IMG/VR virus record: IMGVR_UViG_3300036770_008700
Coordinates: 58,896-122,895 of that record
Origin: a virus
Strand: one strand, 5' to 3'
DNA length: 64,000 nucleotides
Shown here in pieces: positions 58,176 through 64,000 of the stretch. The notes beneath the pieces are model-generated. The model searched no databases. It saw only the letters and a program-made list of their open reading frames with translations, and was not told the DNA's origin. How positions within the stretch are numbered: the first letter of the stretch is position 1; each line of letters opens with the position of its first letter. Both the position numbers and the translations under genes were made by a program.

Positions 58176-61100
58176 TTAACCCCTGCGGTTGTAGTACAAA
58201 GGATCTCCCTTGTCAACAGAAAAATAATCGTTTCCATCACCAGAGAAACTAGTAGGACCGTTACTTGGACTTGGTGAAGCTGGGATTCCTCTGTCTGGTG
58301 GATTGGTACCATTATTAACAAAGTGATTAGAAGTTTTACCAACAGGCCAGATTGGTGCCATCATGATACCCTTAGCATCAAGTCCAGGTGTAATGTCATG
58401 GATAACAGCCATTTGCAACTGCACAGTAACAAACATAGGAGCACGTAGAAACTCGCTGCTATCAATACCCCAACTACCTTTAGCTTCGCCATAATCAATC
58501 TTAAAACTTGTAATAACTCCAGCAAGACCTTTGCCGCCAGAAGAGTTGAAAGCTTTCATGACTGGGTTTTGGTTTTCGTCGTAAAAATTTTGAGGTGTTA
58601 TTAAGTTTAGTTCAGTAGATTGCTGTTGAGTAGATTGCTGTTGAGTAGATTGCTGTTCTGACGACGTTGCCTGATTCTCTAGTCTTCTTGATTGACGTTG
58701 AAGCAAAAAAACTGTAGATGATCTATCAAGGATTGAGTTTAGTTGATTAATTGTTATTGTTGTGTCATTAGTATTTCCTTGAGTAATTTTGTATTGTGGC
58801 AAATTCTGAACCTCTCTCTCTTCATTAAAAATGAAAAAATCAGGGAAATAAGTTACAGGTCTGACAGTTATACGATCTCTATCAACAGTTTGTATTGTGG
58901 CAAAAATTCTACCTTCGCTTCGAGAATCAGATCGAATTATTCCTTGTGTTGTGCGATAATTTGCAATATTAGGAAAACTACGTGCAACAAACATAACTTC
59001 ATCACCTGGGGCAAATAAATCACCTACAGCATAAGTTGCTACACTCGATGCGTTACGCCTTTGTCCTGAGCGTCTTCTAGGTTGCGCTTGTTGTTCCTGT
59101 GTGCTGGTTCCTATGACACGTCCTTCCTGCAATTTTTCTGCTCTTGTGGGCTGCACTCTCGACGCTGTTCCTCCTGCTGCTGGTGCTGCTGGTGCTGCTG
59201 CCGTTCCTCCTGCTGCTGGTGCTGCTGGTGCTGCTGCCGTTCGTGGCCTTGGGCTTCTTCTAGAATCTACATTGTAATCTTCTAAGGTAGAAATACCAAA
59301 CAATCTTGCAACAGCCATTTTGCTATAGTTAGACTTGAAAAGATCACCAAGACGTAAACGTATCACAGGAGTTGCACCAGGAATCTGAGAAAATGGTTGA
59401 ATAAATCTAAGGTTATCAACTGTTATCTTTCTGCCTTGTGTCCATTGTGGATATATCATCATTGCAAGACGATTTACTTTGTACCACATAATGTCGTGGT
59501 CTTCTGGATTCATTGCAACCATCTTAAAGTTTACAGAAACATTTCTTGTTGTTGATTTATAGATCTGAACTTTATCCATGCGCCCATAACCGTCTTGCGA
59601 AGTATATTCCACATTGAAATCTTCTGATGCTTCCTCCAAAAAAGCATGAAAAGAAAGTATTTCATTTGTTCTTAAGTCATGGATATAAAACGGCATGAAG
59701 TCGGATTCCAATTCATCTTCAACAGCCTTTACAACGGATGGATCAATTCTTCCGGTAGTTGCGGAATTGAAACGTTCTATTGGTGTCCCTGTAATTTGAG
59801 AGCTTTCATAATTCGCCGGGTAACCGACACTAATACCCATATCCCGCCAATTATCTCTACTTGATGAACCAACTGTTTCAAATCCTGCGTTGCCAAACGA
59901 ATTGGCAGCACCAAAAAGCGGTAAATTTAACATTCCAGCATTTTTGTTGCTCCAGATTAAACCGTTTTGATTGCTTAAACGAGATTTCGAAATGTAATTG
60001 TATCTATTATCTGGTAGACTATCAACATAGGATACGTTGCTTCCTGTTACCATCAATGAACTATTGTTTGGATTACCCTCTTTTATATTGCTCTGAACTC
60101 TTGATGCTATATCAACCTCAAATCTAATCTTGTCACCAATCCCTAATAAAACATTTATAAAGCGAACAATTTTAAGGTCACGAATCTTACGGAAAAGGTT
60201 TCCAATACCAGCAATAGAAGGTCCACCAGTGAAATCTAAAGCTGTGTTTTCAACCAATGTTATTCCGCTTCTTAAAAGTTCTCTAAGAATAACGTTTAAT
60301 CTTCCGCTTTCTGTTAGAACCTTTAATGATGCGTTTGCAGCCTGTTGTCCTGCTGTTACTGTAGTTGCTAAGTTTCCTCCAAAAAAACTAAAGCCAAAAA
60401 ACTCTTGGATACCTGCATTTAAGCAATCTTCTGTTCGGTGACGAGTGTAAGAAAATATACCTTGAGTACCAAGAAACTGTGATGCTATATCTCCACCATC
60501 AATCTTGCTTAAAGGATACACGCCAGAATCTTGCAAAACAGAAACACCTAAAAGTCTTTGTTTTTCATTATTATCGAGATTTGCAAATGAACTTGCAGCG
60601 TTATCACCTATAAGATCCCTGTTTCTGTTTATAATTCCAGTAAGAATGTTTAGCAAAATTACAAAAGCTAAAATCATTGCAACACACAACGCTATTTGTC
60701 CTAATGATATAAGAGAATCGAACTGGGAATAAACGTTGTAAAACGATCCATATGTCTGAATATCGTCTGTGTTGTCGATAAAGTTTGCGTTGTTTGGTTT
60801 CGAAACACCTGTTAGTTTTTGTATTTGATATGCTGGGGTGAACCTGCCAAGACTTACACGTTTACCGATTCTTTGCTCGGAAGGAATAGCCATTCTTGCT
60901 TCAACTTCAGCAGCACTATCTGTTGAGCGAACAGTATAATCAAGTCCTGCGCTACCTTGAACAGCTTCAAACATGATGTTAAGACCAATGTTTTTCATCT
61001 GTTCGATGGTCATTGAAGGAACACCAGTTTGTGTTTCCTCTGCTGATCTTACGTAACTACCAGTTACATAGTTGACGTTGTTTCCTATGTTTTTATAAAA

Positions 61101-61757
61101 GTAAGAGCCAAGAGTTATTTTACCATCATTTTTGTCTTGAGAGATTTCTGGGGTTACGGTTTTGTTAACACTGTTGTGACCTCTTGTTGCTAGCAACGTT
61201 TTGTCAACTATGCGCCCATGAGCAGCTGCATTGCCTGTGTTAATGAAAAGTTTTTGGTATAGGTTTAAGTTAAAGTTTCTTGGTCCTTCAGCGTTGTTGT
61301 TTTTGTAGTTAATACCAACTGGGTCTGGGGTTACATTAGCTATTATGGGAAACTGTGTGGGTTGACTATTGAATTCTATTTTGGCATTAGGAATACCGCT
61401 GATATCGATGTATTTCGGCTGTCTCGAATCTTCATCATTTTCAAAACCAACTTTTTGAACAGGTACCGCAACAACAGGAATGTTGTTTACCTGTGATCTT
61501 TCAGAGGCATACTCAGCAAATCTATCAAGTATTGGTTGTGCTATATCAACTTCTCGATCAATAACTGGTGCTGCTGGTATTGTATCTCCATTTTGATAGA
61601 AAATCGTTAAACGTCTTTGAGTTACAACTGGTGCTGTTGCGCTCGGAGCTAATGGTGTTGTTGAACTTGGAGCTAAAGGTGCACCTCCTTGTACTGTTGG
61701 TGTTGTTGGGCTAGGAGCATTTAAAAGATTTTCATCAATTGGAACAATAGGTGGCAT
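58176..61757 (-). CDS. Large tail protein (tube initiator-like domain)
   Basis: FMPFYIHDLRTNE; GYGRMDKVQIYKSTTR; PVIRLRLGD; follows the tape measure. Confidence 0.55.
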   Translation of the reverse strand: MPPIVPIDENLLNAPSPTTPTVQGGAPLAPSSTTPLAPSATAPVVTQRRLTIFYQNGDTIPAAPVIDREVDIAQPILDRFAEYASERSQVNNIPVVAVPVQKVGFENDEDSRQPKYIDISGIPNAKIEFNSQPTQFPIIANVTPDPVGINYKNNNAEGPRNFNLNLYQKLFINTGNAAAHGRIVDKTLLATRGHNSVNKTVTPEISQDKNDGKITLGSYFYKNIGNNVNYVTGSYVRSAEETQTGVPSMTIEQMKNIGLNIMFEAVQGSAGLDYTVRSTDSAAEVEARMAIPSEQRIGKRVSLGRFTPAYQIQKLTGVSKPNNANFIDNTDDIQTYGSFYNVYSQFDSLISLGQIALCVAMILAFVILLNILTGIINRNRDLIGDNAASSFANLDNNEKQRLLGVSVLQDSGVYPLSKIDGGDIASQFLGTQGIFSYTRHRTEDCLNAGIQEFFGFSFFGGNLATTVTAGQQAANASLKVLTESGRLNVILRELLRSGITLVENTALDFTGGPSIAGIGNLFRKIRDLKIVRFINVLLGIGDKIRFEVDIASRVQSNIKEGNPNNSSLMVTGSNVSYVDSLPDNRYNYISKSRLSNQNGLIWSNKNAGMLNLPLFGAANSFGNAGFETVGSSSRDNWRDMGISVGYPANYESSQITGTPIERFNSATTGRIDPSVVKAVEDELESDFMPFYIHDLRTNEILSFHAFLEEASEDFNVEYTSQDGYGRMDKVQIYKSTTRNVSVNFKMVAMNPEDHDIMWYKVNRLAMMIYPQWTQGRKITVDNLRFIQPFSQIPGATPVIRLRLGDLFKSNYSKMAVARLFGISTLEDYNVDSRRSPRPRTAAAPAAPAAGGTAAAPAAPAAGGTASRVQPTRAEKLQEGRVIGTSTQEQQAQPRRRSGQRRNASSVATYAVGDLFAPGDEVMFVARSFPNIANYRTTQGIIRSDSRSEGRIFATIQTVDRDRITVRPVTYFPDFFIFNEEREVQNLPQYKITQGNTNDTTITINQLNSILDRSSTVFLLQRQSRRLENQATSSEQQSTQQQSTQQQSTELNLITPQNFYDENQNPVMKAFNSSGGKGLAGVITSFKIDYGEAKGSWGIDSSEFLRAPMFVTVQLQMAVIHDITPGLDAKGIMMAPIWPVGKTSNHFVNNGTNPPDRGIPASPSPSNGPTSFSGDGNDYFSVDKGDPLYYNRRG
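58614..58657 (-). repeat. 15-bp coding repeat x3 (QQST)
   Basis: agtagattgctgttg units. Confidence 0.85.
59167..59242 (-). repeat. 36-bp coding repeat x2 (AAAPAAPAAGGT)
   Basis: Exact tandem duplication. Confidence 0.85.
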
Positions 61758-61776
61758 GAGTTACCTTGTTAGATAA

Positions 61777-61974
61777 CTATTTAGAAGCTTGTTTTTTGGC
61801 TATTTCTTCGTATGCTTGTGAAAGACCATTAAACTTACCTTGAAGTTGATCAAGCATACCTTCAATAGCTATAACAGTTTTTTCTCTTTCTTTTGCATCT
61901 TCAATTTGCTCTAAAAGTCCTTTGATCACTTGATTTTTTAGTACTTGCTCACGTAGTTCTTTGTTTGTTAACAT
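61777..61974 (-). CDS. Small coiled-coil protein
   Basis: 65 aa; TAATTA upstream. Confidence 0.6.
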   Translation of the reverse strand: MLTNKELREQVLKNQVIKGLLEQIEDAKEREKTVIAIEGMLDQLQGKFNGLSQAYEEIAKKQASK

Positions 61975-61999
61975 GTTTTATTGCCTATTAATTAGTTTA

Positions 62000-64000
62000 T
62001 TAACCACTACCGACTGGTGCAGTTACAAATAAACCTGGTAGGAATCTTGGAGTGTCTGTTATAGTAGTATTGCGTGATTGTGTTTCCAAAGCAGATACGA
62101 TTTCTTTTGTTTCAATTTTAACTTGTACATTGATTTGTGCATTGACAGCAGCATTTCTCACAGCCAAAGTTTGTCTGCCACCAAGAGTTGTACCAAGAGC
62201 CGTTAAAGCAACTTGTAATGGTTGATCTCCGCTAGATAGGTTACGCACCTCTGCAATGAAATCATTGTAAGCTGTTACCATTGCTCTCATTGGAACTAAA
62301 GCATGTTCTCTAATGTTTGTGGTTATTTGCTCGATTTGATTTCCTGTGGCTTGTGCATTAGCACCACTTCCAAACCGTGCATCCAATACCGATAAAACTG
62401 AATTACTTGAAACACCTGTTTGACCAAAGAAACTGTTTAGTCTTGTTGTCAGTGTTGTGCTTACGTTGGCTACATCCGGCAAATCACGCAAAGCTGTTGC
62501 TGCACTGAACATTTCCCTCAAGCTCCCTTGTATAGCAGTAAGTTTAGCAGGTTTTCCTCTAAGTCTTTCTGATATTCCACCAAGTTTGCTTAGTGGATTG
62601 TTTGAAGACTCATCCATCAAAGGATTAACTCCACGACCTCCAGAAGCATCTGTTCTTGTCAAACTACGAAGCACATTGTCAATGTTTTGGAGTGGAACGT
62701 CTAATACTGTTGGGGAAATTGTTGTGTTGTTCTCTCCAGCAAGCTCTTTTAAAGCCTTGGTTGCTTCTGCTACACTCTTAAGAGAATCAAACACTGTTTT
62801 TAAGGTTTTTACTTTGTCTGACATGCCGTGGGGAAATTGAATAGAATTTATTCCGTTCAAAACTGCTTCAAACGTTTCCTTGTGACCTTGCGCATTTGGA
62901 ATATCTACTAGACGGGAGCCTCTACTTAACCCAAAAAACGCTAACAAAGTCAATATAGGAACAAAAACTTCACTCCACATGTTCAATGTTCTTTGAGCAC
63001 CACCACCTACGTTAATATTGAATCCACTGATAATGCTACCAATATTTTTTACCATGTCAAAAATACTGCTAAGTGTTTTGATTTTACTATCAATACCAGA
63101 TGGTAATGATATTTGTGTTAAATTCGTTATCAGTGTAGGCAAATTCTGAAACAAACTTGTAAAATTTGTTGATATCGAAGTAATCACTCCAGAAATCTGA
63201 TTGCCAACAGCATTTATTTGACTTGTGTTTATACCTCCACCGGTTTTTATGTTTTTTGTCAAATTCCCAACAGCTTCAATAATAGGAGCAATAATACTGG
63301 TTACAGATTTAATGATTTCACTAACCGTAGAAAGAGCTTTAAGCTTTGTTGGCTCTGTTGGTAAACTGTCAACAATTTGTTTAATTCCACCAAGAATACC
63401 ACCCCTACCATCAGTTCCAGTCAACAGCCTACGAATAGAACCAGAGAAGGTTCCAATAAAATTCTGAACTGCAATCAACTTATCATTTATAACATTTGTT
63501 TGCGAGCCGCCACTAATCAAGGTGTTAAGAGCGTTGAGAAAACCGCCAGCACCTTCGTCACTTATAAGCCCAGAAACAGCAGTCAAAACACCTGTTATAA
63601 GCTGTGTTACAGCTGCCAATATTGGACCAATAGCTTTTAAACCTTCAACGTTGGTTATTGTATTGCTCATTGCAATAACTTCAGTCATCATAGATCTTAA
63701 CACAGTTTGTATAGCAGGTAACACTGTGTTGGTAACTTCCATTAATGCATGAATTTTAGCCAACATTGAAGCCATATTTCCCAACAGCGAAACAGGATTG
63801 AATGAAAATCCAGAGTCAAACTTGGATATAAGTTCAGCTACAGCTTTCATGATTTCAGACAATCCAGTTGCAATAACTGTGAACAATTCTGCTGCTGCTT
63901 TGAGTTTGGCTGGATCAACTGTGAGGTTTTCTGCCACTCCTTTGATTTGATCCATAAGTTTTGGAATAACACCTCGATCTTTGTCGGCCAAAACTTTGAT
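62000..64000 (-). CDS. Tape measure protein, C-terminal part (5' end outside the window)
   Basis: Long amphipathic helical ORF open to the window edge; upstream of tail/baseplate genes. Confidence 0.7.
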   Translation of the reverse strand: MKVLADKDRGVIPKLMDQIKGVAENLTVDPAKLKAAAELFTVIATGLSEIMKAVAELISKFDSGFSFNPVSLLGNMASMLAKIHALMEVTNTVLPAIQTVLRSMMTEVIAMSNTITNVEGLKAIGPILAAVTQLITGVLTAVSGLISDEGAGGFLNALNTLISGGSQTNVINDKLIAVQNFIGTFSGSIRRLLTGTDGRGGILGGIKQIVDSLPTEPTKLKALSTVSEIIKSVTSIIAPIIEAVGNLTKNIKTGGGINTSQINAVGNQISGVITSISTNFTSLFQNLPTLITNLTQISLPSGIDSKIKTLSSIFDMVKNIGSIISGFNINVGGGAQRTLNMWSEVFVPILTLLAFFGLSRGSRLVDIPNAQGHKETFEAVLNGINSIQFPHGMSDKVKTLKTVFDSLKSVAEATKALKELAGENNTTISPTVLDVPLQNIDNVLRSLTRTDASGGRGVNPLMDESSNNPLSKLGGISERLRGKPAKLTAIQGSLREMFSAATALRDLPDVANVSTTLTTRLNSFFGQTGVSSNSVLSVLDARFGSGANAQATGNQIEQITTNIREHALVPMRAMVTAYNDFIAEVRNLSSGDQPLQVALTALGTTLGGRQTLAVRNAAVNAQINVQVKIETKEIVSALETQSRNTTITDTPRFLPGLFVTAPVGSG

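Noticed and set aside
1-64000. Genome-wide stop-codon reassignment
   Set aside because: Long genes are intact in code 11 and TAA, TAG and TGA all end genes at tight junctions; only one suspicious TGA (39469)
1-64000. tRNA or rRNA genes
   Set aside because: No cloverleaf or T-loop signature noticed in the few intergenic gaps; a tRNAscan run would be needed to exclude them

Overview
AT-rich, gene-dense segment of a large T4-like (jumbo-type) myophage genome in standard code 11, mostly minus-strand. Left to right: baseplate/tail structural genes (1-15.6 kb); a gp55-like late sigma factor; a ~14.6 kb glycan-biosynthesis cluster (17-31.7 kb); a PD-(D/E)XK nuclease and a GuaB/GuaC-family enzyme; an accessory/early region (33-48 kb) with MnmA, a Zn deaminase, a GGCT and a small paralog family, interleaved with late-promoter genes sharing an 'L..LI.E'-type N-terminal tag; a fractured recA/uvsX (16-aa N-intein, free-standing Vsr-like endonuclease, C-intein); a two-unit tandem cassette with conserved flanks and variable payload; ssb, HD protein and a minimal PolA; then hub, tail and tape-measure genes. 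Strongest leads: (1) the atypically split RecA intein; (2) a possible virion glycosylation system, with an [S/T]-G-S tripeptide strongly enriched in four structural proteins beside the glycan cluster; (3) a T4 IPI-like cassette system of capsid-targeted payload proteins. All calls come from motif recognition by eye; no searches were run. No tRNA, rRNA or CRISPR array was seen.
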